A DNA stretch of 64,000 bases from a virus: positions 1 through 64,000 of IMG/VR virus record IMGVR_UViG_3300037418_003060. One strand, given 5' to 3'. Below, piece by piece: positions 9,184-19,094 of the stretch. The notes beneath the pieces are model-generated. The model was not told the DNA's origin. It saw only the letters and a list, made by a program, of their open reading frames with translations, and did no database searches. The translations under genes were made by a program, and so were the position numbers. The number at the start of each line of letters is the position of its first letter. The first letter of the stretch is position 1.

Positions 9184-9737
9184 ACAAACCCCTGATGACC
9201 GCTTGCCAGCTGCCGGCGGACCCCAACGCACAGGTGCAGGTCGACGGCTTCGACTATCCGACCACCTACGCCGAGATGGCGCGCCTGACCGTCAAGCAGC
9301 TGTGGCGCCGGTTCACCATCGGGCGCTCGCTGCCGAGCGCAGAGACTGCGTTCTACGTGGCGCGCGCCCTGCCGTTCGTGGTTCAGCACACGGTTCCTGC
9401 TCCCGCACCCAAGCCGTGCGGCGCCACGCTGGTGACGCTGCCGTGCATCTCGATCAGGCACCTCTCGCAAGGCACGATCGATCGGCTGTCCCGTCAGGAG
9501 CCCACGCTGCCAGGTGAGGAGGTAGTGTTCCTGCTTGCCTCTCACGACAACGGCTTCTTCCTCAACGTGCCGGCCTGCACCGCCCGTGCCACCTACGACC
9601 AGATCACCGAATTCAGCCAGATCCCGCCGGACCTGAGTAACGTGTTCACGTTCATGCAGCCGATCGCCACCCACGGCTGGTTCATGCTCGACGCCGACGG
9701 CGACGTGGTGCCCGGCTTGCCTGTTTATGGAGACTGA
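9180..9737 (+). CDS. hypothetical protein with C-terminal DUF5983-like domain
   Basis: ISIRHLS...GFF...PPDL..VF...LDADG resembles 24082-24393. Confidence 0.55.
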   Translation: MNKPLMTACQLPADPNAQVQVDGFDYPTTYAEMARLTVKQLWRRFTIGRSLPSAETAFYVARALPFVVQHTVPAPAPKPCGATLVTLPCISIRHLSQGTIDRLSRQEPTLPGEEVVFLLASHDNGFFLNVPACTARATYDQITEFSQIPPDLSNVFTFMQPIATHGWFMLDADGDVVPGLPVYGD

Positions 9738-9738
9738 C

Positions 9739-9936
9739 ATGCAAATCGGAGACCGCGTTAACACCTGCAAGGGTGCAGGCGAGATCGTCAACAAGGAGAG
9801 CGCGAACGACGCCTGGCCTGGGCAAGAGCCACGCATGGTGCTCACCGGCCGCTACGGCGTCAAGCTGGACGCGCCGGAGCCTTGGTACAAGGACGGCATC
9901 GCCTATTTCCAACCTCATGAACTGGAGCTGATCTGA
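9739..9936 (+). CDS. small SH3/KOW-like hypothetical protein
   Basis: MQIGDRV...G.I...YGVKLD...EL pattern; TGACATG junction. Confidence 0.55.
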   Translation: MQIGDRVNTCKGAGEIVNKESANDAWPGQEPRMVLTGRYGVKLDAPEPWYKDGIAYFQPHELELI

Positions 9937-9937
9937 C

Positions 9938-10201
9938 ATGCAAGTCACCATCTACAAACAGCCCGACGGCCGCCAGGTCGAGGTTGACATACCCAACGTC
10001 TACGAGGCCGACGAGGCCTGGTTCCGCGAGCACAACGTGCGAATCAGCATGGAAGACCTCGGCGACCAGTTCGCGGTCTACGCCGAGTTCGACCGCTTCA
10101 CCGGCGAGAATGAGCTGCTGGTGTTGTCCGGCGCGATGACCTGCAAGGACACGCTGGCCAAGCTGCGCGCGCAGTGCGAGCGCGCGCTGAAAGGAGAATG
10201 A
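9938..10201 (+). CDS. hypothetical protein
   Basis: TGACATG junction. Confidence 0.65.
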   Translation: MQVTIYKQPDGRQVEVDIPNVYEADEAWFREHNVRISMEDLGDQFAVYAEFDRFTGENELLVLSGAMTCKDTLAKLRAQCERALKGE

Positions 10202-10202
10202 C

Positions 10203-10502
10203 ATGGGCACTGTCGCCTACGAAGTCGAGCGGCTGTTCGATAAAGCGCATGAACTCGCCCTTGCTGAAGTCGAGCGGCGCGCCCGCAAGATCTTGAAGGA
10301 TCACCCGACCGCGAAGACGTTCTGTATGAGCATGGGGTCGGCCTCCTTCTACGACAAGGCCGGTGAGCCGATGTTCATCGACGACTTCAAGTACCTGAAG
10401 TACTTCTACGACTTCCTCGAGCAGTTCGACGACCGCCTGTATCTGTCCGGTCGCGCGCTCAAGCTCACGAGCTACAACGGCCCGAAGACCACCGACTGGT
10501 AA
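10203..10502 (+). CDS. hypothetical protein
   Basis: AAGGAG SD, TGACATG junction. Confidence 0.7.
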   Translation: MGTVAYEVERLFDKAHELALAEVERRARKILKDHPTAKTFCMSMGSASFYDKAGEPMFIDDFKYLKYFYDFLEQFDDRLYLSGRALKLTSYNGPKTTDW

Positions 10503-10513
10503 AGGAGACCGAT

Positions 10514-10774
10514 ATGCCACTCACCTACGACGACATTCCTGGCAGCTGGGGCGCCTACTCCCAGAACTGGCCCAGCATCACCTTCACCGATGTGGAAAAG
10601 GTGCGGCGCGCCTTCGTCGCCTGCAGCAAGGAGAAGGTCGTGCCCTACGGCTCCTACGTGCTGGTAGGCCTCACGCTGCGCGTCGAGACCGACCAACACA
10701 AGGCCAACCTGCTTGCCCATCTGGCAGCTTCAACGCTCACCTCGGATGAGGTCATCGCTAAGCACGGAGGATGA
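10514..10774 (+). CDS. hypothetical protein
   Basis: AAGGAG SD. Confidence 0.65.
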   Translation: MPLTYDDIPGSWGAYSQNWPSITFTDVEKVRRAFVACSKEKVVPYGSYVLVGLTLRVETDQHKANLLAHLAASTLTSDEVIAKHGG

Positions 10775-10775
10775 C

Positions 10776-11048
10776 ATGGCAACCAATCTGCGGTTCGAGG
10801 TCTGGATCTCTGACACCGGCGAGGCTTCACACTGGAAGTTGGCGCGGCGCTGGCCGGATGGATGCCCGGCGATCTACCACTTCGACGCCAATTCCGGCGG
10901 CGGAGCCGAACAGCTGGCCGACCGTATTAACGCCGCGATCGCGCAGGCCAAACAGCTTGCACTAGGCAACGCCGCCGTGTGCGTCGAGGAGTGGGACACT
11001 GGGCGCAACGTCTATCTGTCCACCATTTTCGAAGAAAGGAAGGGCTGA
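10776..11048 (+). CDS. hypothetical protein
   Basis: GGAGG, TGACATG junction. Confidence 0.65.
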   Translation: MATNLRFEVWISDTGEASHWKLARRWPDGCPAIYHFDANSGGGAEQLADRINAAIAQAKQLALGNAAVCVEEWDTGRNVYLSTIFEERKG

Positions 11049-11049
11049 C

Positions 11050-11250
11050 ATGCATCCCGAATTCGCCACCGTCGTCACCCACTACGGCGAAACCCGCGAC
11101 GAGAAGGCACGCCGCCTGGGAACCCACCCAACCTGCTGGGAGTACCGCGACACGCCGCTGTGCGGCAACGGCAGCTACCACGCCAAGACCGCCCGCAGGG
11201 TCAAGCTTGTCGACTGTGCGGCGTGCCTGGAGAAGCTGAAAGGAGACTGA
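11050..11250 (+). CDS. small Cys-rich protein
   Basis: LCG...DCAAC; TGACATG junction. Confidence 0.6.
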   Translation: MHPEFATVVTHYGETRDEKARRLGTHPTCWEYRDTPLCGNGSYHAKTARRVKLVDCAACLEKLKGD

Positions 11251-11251
11251 C

Positions 11252-11434
11252 ATGCCCGCCCGCAAAATCACCATTGTCGCCCGCGGCGACACCGAAAAAG
11301 CGCTCGACGAAGCTATCGAAGAAGCGATGATCCGTATCGAAGCCGGCAATCTGTCCGGCATGGATTTCAACGCCGAGAGCTCGTTCTATTTCAATTCGAC
11401 CGACGACGTACCGCCGGAAGAAATGCCGCGATAA
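11252..11434 (+). CDS. hypothetical protein
   Basis: AAGGAG, TGACATG junction. Confidence 0.6.
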   Translation: MPARKITIVARGDTEKALDEAIEEAMIRIEAGNLSGMDFNAESSFYFNSTDDVPPEEMPR

Positions 11435-11445
11435 GGACCTGTACC

Positions 11446-11676
11446 ATGACCGAACCTGAAACCCTCAAGCAGCAACACGAAGCCTACATCGCCAAGTGCC
11501 GCGCTCGCGGTGACCATCTCCTCTCGTACACCGCGCCCTGCTGTGGTGGCGTGATCGAGACCCGCGCGCCGGCGCCGGGCGAGCGGCAGTGGGACACGCT
11601 GGCGACTTGCGTGCACTGCGGCGAGATGCACATGAAGGTCGTGACGCACACCAAAGCGAAAGGACTGATGCCGTGA
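11446..11676 (+). CDS. zinc-ribbon-like protein
   Basis: PCCG...CVHC. Confidence 0.6.
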   Translation: MTEPETLKQQHEAYIAKCRARGDHLLSYTAPCCGGVIETRAPAPGERQWDTLATCVHCGEMHMKVVTHTKAKGLMP

Positions 11677-11885
11677 CCCGAGAAGAGCAAAAGAAGTACA
11701 TCGAGGACTGCCTCGAATCGCAGCGTCGCTACCTGATGGAGCGGATCGCCCGCGTCCCGGAGAACTGGGACGGCATCGAGCTGCGCAACTGGTTCGTCGA
11801 TGCGGCTGTCGACGGCTACCGCTTCAAGATGGACCGCAAGCGTGCCAAGGACTACCGCAACGACATCATCGTCAACAACCTGTGA
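11673..11885 (+). CDS. hypothetical protein
   Basis: GTGA coupling. Confidence 0.6.
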   Translation: MTREEQKKYIEDCLESQRRYLMERIARVPENWDGIELRNWFVDAAVDGYRFKMDRKRAKDYRNDIIVNNL

Positions 11886-11892
11886 GGCCACC

Positions 11893-12219
11893 ATGCCCTT
11901 CAACAAAGCCCAGCAAATCGTCCTCGCCACCTACGCCCAAGGCGAGTTCGCCGGCATCACCACGATGGAAGAAGTGAAGAACGCCGGCGACAGTCTGTTC
12001 CGCTTCCTGATGAGCGAAATGTCCGACGGCGAGGATTGCACGGACCTGGAGACCGCGCACGCCCGCATCAACACTGCTTTCCGTGAGGTGCAGGACGTGC
12101 GCGACGCCATCGAGCAGGCCTACGTCGAGGAAGACACTCCCGGTGAACTCACTCCGCAAGAGAAGGCCTGGTGCGAGGGCAAGACCGACGAACCTCTTGT
12201 GTACAAGGCCAGCAAATGA
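11893..12219 (+). CDS. hypothetical protein
   Basis: GAGG SD. Confidence 0.65.
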   Translation: MPFNKAQQIVLATYAQGEFAGITTMEEVKNAGDSLFRFLMSEMSDGEDCTDLETAHARINTAFREVQDVRDAIEQAYVEEDTPGELTPQEKAWCEGKTDEPLVYKASK

Positions 12220-12488
12220 AGCCCTACACTGTCGTCCTGCGCCGCGGCGCAGTGTTCCGCGACCTGCCTGACTACGAGCCCTGCGACTCGTACACGGCGA
12301 TCGTCACAGGCAGCACGTACCGTGAAGCTGTGCAGGCTGCCAAGGCTGAAGCGCTGGCGATCGACCGCAAGAACTTCGCCGAGGCGCTTGACGAGCAGGG
12401 TGTCGAGCTGACCACCGACGACTACCTGTTCCTCGTCCTGTTCGAAGGTCACCTCGAGCCGAAGCTGTTCGGCTGGCAGGTGTTTTAA
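12216..12488 (+). CDS. hypothetical protein
   Basis: ATGA coupling. Confidence 0.65.
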   Translation: MKPYTVVLRRGAVFRDLPDYEPCDSYTAIVTGSTYREAVQAAKAEALAIDRKNFAEALDEQGVELTTDDYLFLVLFEGHLEPKLFGWQVF

Positions 12489-12500
12489 GGAGATCCTGCA

Positions 12501-12905
12501 ATGCAACGCAAAGACGCCATCCGCCTGATCCAGCAAGCCTACCGAGCGCTGCCCGACAACATCCGGCCCAGCCTCGGGCGCCCGGTGATGCACCAGCACC
12601 TGTACACCCTTGCGCTGGCCAGCGAAAAGGAGCACCGGCGCTTCATCGAAGTGCCGACGCCGGCCGACTTCACGGCCAACACCGCCGCCAAGTTCTTCGT
12701 CGTGAAGAGCCTGGCCAACCCGAAGAACCGCGACTATGTGGTGACCGACCTGCTGCGCTACCGTGAGGTCGTGCTGTGGGCCGCGGCCTACGCCCTCGAG
12801 TACGAGGCCGAAATCGCAGCCGCGTGGAACAACGCCGGCGTGGCCTGGGCGAACCTGCAGGACATCGACTACGCCAAGCTGCTGGCAGGGGAAGACGATG
12901 TCTAG
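12501..12905 (+). CDS. hypothetical protein
   Basis: GGGAG SD. Confidence 0.7.
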   Translation: MQRKDAIRLIQQAYRALPDNIRPSLGRPVMHQHLYTLALASEKEHRRFIEVPTPADFTANTAAKFFVVKSLANPKNRDYVVTDLLRYREVVLWAAAYALEYEAEIAAAWNNAGVAWANLQDIDYAKLLAGEDDV

Positions 12906-13076
12906 TCGCTTCGACGCGCGCTACCACAACCTGTTCTGCGACTGCACTGCATGCAGGCTGCTGTGGGCTGAGCAGGAAGCCTACGACGGCGCGCCGCAAG
13001 GTGACGCCGAGACCATCAATTTCGAGGACGAGAAGGAGCGCGATCGCGACCTCGGCGAACCGCTGGGAGCTGACCA

Positions 13077-13439
13077 ATGATCATCGACGACGAACTGAGG
13101 GCCTGCGCCGACGTGGCGCTGCGCAATGCCTACTACCACGAGCTGCAAGCACTGGTCGCCAAGTACCGCGCGGCCGCGGCCGGTCTCGGCTCCGACATGG
13201 AGACCGGCCAGGCGCAGGTCGAGATCCACACCTGGGGCGAGGACGGGCACGGCAAGCTGGTCGAGCATGACCTGCTGCAGATCACCACTGAATCCCCTGG
13301 CGGTGTGTTGCAGTGGCCTCACGACTCGATGCTCGAAGCCTTGCAGGACGAGAGCGCCGATAGGCTCTGCCTGAACAGCAAAATAGTACTCATCAAGGTG
13401 GACGACGAATGGTGCGTCGCACCAGACGAGGAGAGCTGA
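13077..13439 (+). CDS. hypothetical protein
   Basis: ATGA coupling. Confidence 0.65.
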   Translation: MIIDDELRACADVALRNAYYHELQALVAKYRAAAAGLGSDMETGQAQVEIHTWGEDGHGKLVEHDLLQITTESPGGVLQWPHDSMLEALQDESADRLCLNSKIVLIKVDDEWCVAPDEES

Positions 13440-13666
13440 TGGAAGACACTGGAACCGCGCGCCAGGTACTCGCGCGACGCCGTCACACCGGCGACTGGAC
13501 CGAAGAGGAAGTGCTTGCCCAAGCGCGCCGCGCCGACTTCATCGTCCACAAGTACCGGGACCGCCACGAGAAGCTGCGCAAGCTGACGCGGCGGATGTGC
13601 AAGGAGGGCAAGCTCGAAATGGTGCTCTTCGATGGCAAGCAGTTTTACTACAGGACCCCGAAATGA
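13439..13666 (+). CDS. hypothetical protein
   Basis: TGATG coupling, GGAG SD. Confidence 0.6.
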   Translation: MEDTGTARQVLARRRHTGDWTEEEVLAQARRADFIVHKYRDRHEKLRKLTRRMCKEGKLEMVLFDGKQFYYRTPK

Positions 13667-14319
13667 AAACCCATACCCACACCTACACCCACACCAGCAC
13701 CACCTACACCATCCCCGACCTTGACATCGAAGTCGAGCTGCCCTTCACGCCCGACCTCATCATGGAGTACAAGGAGCCGCTCGTTCGCATCACCGACGAC
13801 AAGATCATCCTAGGCTACTTGGCGCACGCCTCCGATTGCGCGAACCCGTGCGAGGACGACAATTACATGGGCCACATCTACGACTGCCGGCGGCACAGCC
13901 GCACGCTGAAAGACTATGAACGCGCGCTGGGACTGGGGGATTTCGACGGCGAGCCGCGCAACCCCTACGCCGTCCTGCTCGACGTCTACGAGCACGGCGG
14001 TATCAGCTACAGCCTGTCCGGCCAAGGCGCGCAGTGCCAGTTCGACACGGCACGCGGCGGCGCCGTGTGGGTGCCGAGCGAAGAGCTGAAGAAGGAGTTG
14101 GACCTGACAGTTGCTGACGCGGCGCAGGTCCGCGCCCGCGAACTCGCCGCCCAAGCCGCCAAGACCTACACCGACTGGTGCAACGGCAACTGCTACGGCG
14201 TGGTCGTCGTCACCTACGACAAGGAGGGCACCGAGATCGACCACGACAGCTGCTGGGGCTATATCGGCACCGACTGTGCCTACGAATCGCTGCAAGACCT
14301 ATTCCCGAAGGAGGGCTGA
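13663..14319 (+). CDS. conserved phage hypothetical protein (acidic)
   Basis: VYEHGG...FDT...YTDWCNG.CYG...DSCWGYIG motif set; ATGA coupling. Confidence 0.7.
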   Translation: MKTHTHTYTHTSTTYTIPDLDIEVELPFTPDLIMEYKEPLVRITDDKIILGYLAHASDCANPCEDDNYMGHIYDCRRHSRTLKDYERALGLGDFDGEPRNPYAVLLDVYEHGGISYSLSGQGAQCQFDTARGGAVWVPSEELKKELDLTVADAAQVRARELAAQAAKTYTDWCNGNCYGVVVVTYDKEGTEIDHDSCWGYIGTDCAYESLQDLFPKEG

Positions 14320-14672
14320 TATGCCAACTGAGACCCGTACGAATGCGCCGGAAGAAGATGACAACTGGCTCGAGGCCTGCGAGGCCGAACACCCTGCACT
14401 GTACGCAGAACTGCGCAGCTTGATTGAACGCTACGGCCTGCAAGGCGTGCAGGACGCCCTGGACAACCTGGAGAGCTCATGACCATCACCACCGAAGAAT
14501 CCAAGCTGCTCGAGCAGCGCACCGACCTGACTTCCGCCGAGAGCTGGGTGCTCAAGGACACTTTGAGCGATCTGCGGGTCAACGCCAGCGTCTACGAAAT
14601 CCGCCTGGCCAACGACGACCGCGCCGCCCGCTTCGAGGCTGCCCTGATCCGTTTCATCCTGGAGTCCCGCTA

Positions 14673-15071
14673 ATGAAACCCTCTTCCCAAATCCAACTCG
14701 AAGCCCTGCTGCACGAGATCCACGACATCGCCCTGCAGGTCGGCCTCATCGACAAGCCGCAGCCCCTTTCCGGCATGCAGATCCTGGGCATCCTGCTGCG
14801 TCTGCGCGACCGCGCCATGCCGGTCAACGTCGACCGCGTGACCGAGCAGATGCTGGCCGCCGCGGCCAACGAATCGGACCTCGACCGCGCACTGTATCCG
14901 CTCCAGTGCGCCGCCGGCATCGACTCGGGCGACGTGGCCGGCGTGCACTTCTCCGGGCCGCGCGGCGAGATCTGGCCGAAAGCACCTGTTGACGCTCGCC
15001 TTGCGATGCTGCGCGACTACCTCGAAACCGAGCGCTCGATGAACCGTCCCGAACCTGCTGAAGGAGCCTGA
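14673..15071 (+). CDS. hypothetical protein
   Basis: TAATG coupling, GGAG SD. Confidence 0.65.
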   Translation: MKPSSQIQLEALLHEIHDIALQVGLIDKPQPLSGMQILGILLRLRDRAMPVNVDRVTEQMLAAAANESDLDRALYPLQCAAGIDSGDVAGVHFSGPRGEIWPKAPVDARLAMLRDYLETERSMNRPEPAEGA

Positions 15072-15073
15072 AA

Positions 15074-15394
15074 ATGTCCCGCGCCTACCGCACCTATCGC
15101 ACCTTCAAGGGACGCGAAGTCCTGGTGTTCAAGACCGACCGCACCTACAGCCCCAAGGGCCAGCGCATTGCTGCTGCCGAGATTCCGGACGGTCGTGTGA
15201 TGTTCGCCGACGTCGACCGCGGCATCGACGGCATCACCACCATTACGCGGCACCGCGCCGACACGCTCGACGAGCACGTCATGTGGTGCTACGACCGCGG
15301 CCACTACCTGTCGGGCGTCGACCTGCAGCGTCACGATGTCGTCGAGCAGGGCGAGCTGATGGCCGAGCTGATACGTCTGGCGGAGGAGCTATGA
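15074..15394 (+). CDS. hypothetical protein
   Basis: AAGGAG SD. Confidence 0.7.
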   Translation: MSRAYRTYRTFKGREVLVFKTDRTYSPKGQRIAAAEIPDGRVMFADVDRGIDGITTITRHRADTLDEHVMWCYDRGHYLSGVDLQRHDVVEQGELMAELIRLAEEL

Positions 15395-15660
15395 CGGAGA
15401 TCGAAGTGATTCTGCCCGTCGGGCTGGTACCGCTGCACAGCACCGTCTGCAAGGTCGGCGGCACGAAGCTCTACAAGGTGTACGACAAGCTCGTGATCCA
15501 CGGTACCGATCAGGTGTTCGAAGGCAGCGGTGCTCGCATCCTGCTGGGCGACTCCAACCACGTGATCTACCTCGCCAGCAGCGAGAAGGTGAAGTGGACG
15601 GTCACCCTTGAAGAGCTGCACCAGTGGACTTTCGAGCAGCTGAACCAGTCAGACAAATAA
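15391..15660 (+). CDS. hypothetical protein
   Basis: GGAGGAG SD, ATGA coupling. Confidence 0.65.
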   Translation: MTEIEVILPVGLVPLHSTVCKVGGTKLYKVYDKLVIHGTDQVFEGSGARILLGDSNHVIYLASSEKVKWTVTLEELHQWTFEQLNQSDK

Positions 15661-15907
15661 GGACAGCCCATGACCCTCAAAGTCTCCATCCTCCAAGGCG
15701 CGAATCGCTACGTGCGCATCACCAACGACACCATCGACCTCGACGTACTGCTTGCCCCCGGCAAGCGTGATTGCGACGCGCTGCGCGAAGAGGCCACCAG
15801 GCTGCGCACCGAGTCGTACCGCCTGCAGCGCCGCGCCATGCTGTGCGAGGACGCGGCGCTGGTTCTCGAAGGCCGCGAGAAAGATTAACCCGCCCAAGGA
15901 GTAACCC

Positions 15908-16204
15908 ATGCAAACCTTCAGCTTCATCGTCACCGTGCAGGCGCCGGACCTGCAAACTGCGGTCAATCTCCACAGCGATGCGCGCTCCGAGCTGTCCTGC
16001 GCCGACAATGTCGAAGTCAGCGTCGGCCAGCTGCTCCACTTCGACGCCCAGAACGTGATCGACGAGCTGGCCGGCGAGCTGACCGCCCTGGGCTTCGGCG
16101 ACCCATCCGCTGACATCAGCGGCGAGGACGTGTACGACATCATCAGCGACTGCTTCACCGAGCTGTCGCTGATGTCCAGCGAAGACCACAGCACGCAGGT
16201 ATGA
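15908..16204 (+). CDS. acidic hypothetical protein
   Basis: AAGGAG SD. Confidence 0.65.
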   Translation: MQTFSFIVTVQAPDLQTAVNLHSDARSELSCADNVEVSVGQLLHFDAQNVIDELAGELTALGFGDPSADISGEDVYDIISDCFTELSLMSSEDHSTQV

Positions 16205-16503
16205 GCGACCGCCCGACACAGCGCGACCAATCGCCCATGTACCGCCAGCCTGGGAGAATCAAGCACCAGTCCCTGACCTGGCACCTTGCCAAATTGGAGG
16301 TAGGCCAGGTACACCTCATCGAGGTCAAGGACTCGGCTGAGTACAGGGGCATCTACAACCGCACCGGTATGTCCCGCAATGCCAAGGCCTTGCAGGGCCG
16401 CCAGTTCAGCTGCCAGCTGCTGCACTGCGAATCGATGCACGACCCATCCACCACTTACCTGATTGCCCGCATCGAGCGGCTGCAGGACAAGGAGAACACA
16501 TGA
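16201..16503 (+). CDS. hypothetical protein, paralog of 3841-4074
   Basis: Shared LxxxEVG / LxGxxF / YLIA motifs. Confidence 0.6.
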   Translation: MSDRPTQRDQSPMYRQPGRIKHQSLTWHLAKLEVGQVHLIEVKDSAEYRGIYNRTGMSRNAKALQGRQFSCQLLHCESMHDPSTTYLIARIERLQDKENT

Positions 16504-17132
16504 CCCACACCATTACCATCACCCTCAAGGGCGCGACCGATGAGCAGGCCGCGCTGATCCACGAATCGCTGCTGGACGAGGCCAAATACACCGACTCGCC
16601 ACTGAACTGGGTCGGCGTGCAGTGGGAGCTCGGGCCGGTCGTGAATGAGCCCGAGCGCGCCGCCAGCACCAGGCAGGAACAGCTCGTCGTGGTGCGCGCC
16701 GAACTGGCTTTCGCCATGCCTGCTGGCGGGCCACTCGACGCTGTGTACGACACGGCCAACTGTGCCCTGATCCCGCTGCAGCGCATGTATGGCGGTACAT
16801 GCGACCTGATCGACTACGCCTTCAACGGCGCCGCGGTGTCGGAAACGCCGGTCGAGCCGTACGACAAGGACGAAGGGTTTAAGAGCCCATTCCCACCGCT
16901 TGCAGAGGGCGCCGAAGATGCTACCCTCGCCGCCCTGCTGGCTACCCGCAACTGCCTGGCTGACTGGGTCGAGATCGCGGAGGAGGAAGACCGGCGCAGC
17001 GCGGACGACGTAGCCCTTGCGCAGGCCGACAAGCTGCTGATCGCGGCCGGCCTGCTGGACGAGAACGGGCAGCCGGCAGGCATGCCGCACCTGCATTGCG
17101 CTTCCGGCCCCCAGGAACCCAGCCATGGATAG
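16500..17132 (+). CDS. hypothetical protein
   Basis: AAGGAG SD, ATGA coupling. Confidence 0.7.
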   Translation: MTHTITITLKGATDEQAALIHESLLDEAKYTDSPLNWVGVQWELGPVVNEPERAASTRQEQLVVVRAELAFAMPAGGPLDAVYDTANCALIPLQRMYGGTCDLIDYAFNGAAVSETPVEPYDKDEGFKSPFPPLAEGAEDATLAALLATRNCLADWVEIAEEEDRRSADDVALAQADKLLIAAGLLDENGQPAGMPHLHCASGPQEPSHG

Positions 17133-17418
17133 CGGCGCCCAGGAGACCCTGCTGCTCAAGTGCGACGAGGCAGTGAGGCTCGTTAAACGCATTCCGGCCG
17201 GGTCGAAAATCTACCTGCACGTGTGGCTCGATCTGCCGATTGAGGGCGAGCCGGACAAGCTGATTCCTTGTGGCGGCAGCACGTCGGTCGAGCTCAGCCG
17301 CAAGGAGGCCTTGCGCGTCGTGCAGGAGCTGCTCACGCCCCTGATGGAAGAGCGCGGCGCCCGGGTCCGAATCGCCGTGCACCCCTGCCACAACTACATC
17401 GCTTACTGGATCGGATAA
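17125..17418 (+). CDS. hypothetical protein
   Basis: AGGA SD. Confidence 0.6.
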   Translation: MDSGAQETLLLKCDEAVRLVKRIPAGSKIYLHVWLDLPIEGEPDKLIPCGGSTSVELSRKEALRVVQELLTPLMEERGARVRIAVHPCHNYIAYWIG

Positions 17419-17421
17419 ACC

Positions 17422-18087
17422 ATGAGCCCTCAACTCTACAAAGACAAGGACGGCCGCCTCGTCCAGATCGATCACGAGGACGAAACTGCCGTCTACTTTT
17501 ACCCGCAAGGTGGCGGCATGATGCATAGCTGCACGAAGGAGCACTTCTACTCCACCTTCACCCCGATCGACCGGCCCGAGCTCCGCAGGGGGCTGGTCAC
17601 AGCCGACTTCTTGCAGGGCGAGGACGGCCGCGAGGTACGCCTGCAATGCTGGTCCGACGGCATGGCTTGGAACGGCTGGGGCATGCCCTACTTCCCGCGC
17701 GATTCGGTCGATAAGCTGATCGAGCTGTTGGATGCGGACCCGCATATCCCGAAGATCCGCTGGGCCGACAACGGCGAGGACGTCATTTACCACGACGGCG
17801 AGGAAGATGCAGACGGCAATTCGGTACCCACCGTGATGTCGCCGCACGTGATGCCCGACGGTACCTGGGCCTGGCCGATCGGCGCCGGCAGCTGGTGCTA
17901 CGACTCGGTCATGTTCCCCGAAGGGTGCACACCGGAGGTGCTGGAGAAGGAATGGGGCCATGCTGGTCGCGGCGGCGAGTACCCTGCGCTGGGTCGTAGC
18001 GCGTGGCGCGGTGCTGTGATCATCGAAGACACGATCCTGGGTTACTGGGCCTGGGTGAGTCACCAGCTGCTGGAGGAAATGGCATGA
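17422..18087 (+). CDS. multi-module hypothetical protein
   Basis: WNGWGMPYF...WPIGAGSWC central part and GEYP...W...DTILGYWAWV C-terminal module. Confidence 0.7.
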   Translation: MSPQLYKDKDGRLVQIDHEDETAVYFYPQGGGMMHSCTKEHFYSTFTPIDRPELRRGLVTADFLQGEDGREVRLQCWSDGMAWNGWGMPYFPRDSVDKLIELLDADPHIPKIRWADNGEDVIYHDGEEDADGNSVPTVMSPHVMPDGTWAWPIGAGSWCYDSVMFPEGCTPEVLEKEWGHAGRGGEYPALGRSAWRGAVIIEDTILGYWAWVSHQLLEEMA

Positions 18088-18268
18088 CCGATCCTGCACA
18101 AGCAGCCCGTAACGAGCTGGCCGACCTTGCCATCCGCGTCAAGCAGATGCAGTACGACCTGGGTAACCCCAACCTGCGCGGCAGCGCGACAGATCGCCTG
18201 CAGTGGGCGCAGGCGATCCGCGCCGGCGCCGACCGCCTGTGGAAGCACATCTACGATATGGATAAGCC

Positions 18269-18799
18269 ATGAAACTTTCTAAAGTTAATTGCTCACGTGG
18301 CGCGCCGATGGGCCGCCGTGCCGTTCACGCCTACGGCACCGCGCCCGACTTCGAGCTCGAGCGCTGCCCGCTGGATGCCGGCTACGACGCCGGTGGAGCC
18401 TACTGGGGCGCGCCCGACAATCTGTGGTGCGCCGAGGGCATGCTCGACGGCGAGGTGGTGGTCCACTACTTCGTGCGCGCCGACGACCGCGCGGCCGCCA
18501 TGGCCGCCGTGCTGGCGGACTACCCGGGTGCCACCTTCCAGTACGAGACCGGCGCGCTGATCGAGCAGATGGTCGAGCACCTGCAGGAATACCGCGACCG
18601 CTGCCGCGCGTACGACCCGCAGGAAGATTTGTGCGATGTGGAGAGCGAGATCGAGGCGCTGCAGCAGGACCTTGACGACATTGAGCGTGACCGTAAGGCC
18701 TGCGAGAGCGGCATGCACTCCTGGGTCGGCGAGATCGGCAAGCTGCCGGGCGATACGCCGTGCTCGCACTGCGGCACGCTGTATGGCAACCCGGACTGA
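18269..18799 (+). CDS. conserved phage hypothetical protein
   Basis: GAPMGR...GYDAGGAYWG...FVRA motif; ATGA coupling. Confidence 0.7.
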   Translation: MKLSKVNCSRGAPMGRRAVHAYGTAPDFELERCPLDAGYDAGGAYWGAPDNLWCAEGMLDGEVVVHYFVRADDRAAAMAAVLADYPGATFQYETGALIEQMVEHLQEYRDRCRAYDPQEDLCDVESEIEALQQDLDDIERDRKACESGMHSWVGEIGKLPGDTPCSHCGTLYGNPD

Positions 18800-18812
18800 C
18801 AAGGAGAAGCCA

Positions 18813-19094
18813 ATGATCAACCCCGTAACCGGCGAGCCCTTCACCACCGCCGACATCGACCGCATCCTCGGCTTGGCCGACCAGTTCATGGAGGACTGGG
18901 AGCAGAGCGAGCCTAGCGACCTTGAATGCAAGGAGCGCCGCCGCGAGTGGGACGCACTGCGGCCGCAGCTGCTGCAGCTGGCTGACCTGCTTGCGCTGCG
19001 CGGCGCTGTTGGGCAGTTCATCCGGCTGGGCGCAATCAGCCAACAGGACTACAACACGCTGCTTGCAGCTTTCGACAAGGTGAAACAGCCATGA
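18813..19094 (+). CDS. hypothetical protein
   Basis: AAGGAG SD. Confidence 0.65.
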   Translation: MINPVTGEPFTTADIDRILGLADQFMEDWEQSEPSDLECKERRREWDALRPQLLQLADLLALRGAVGQFIRLGAISQQDYNTLLAAFDKVKQP

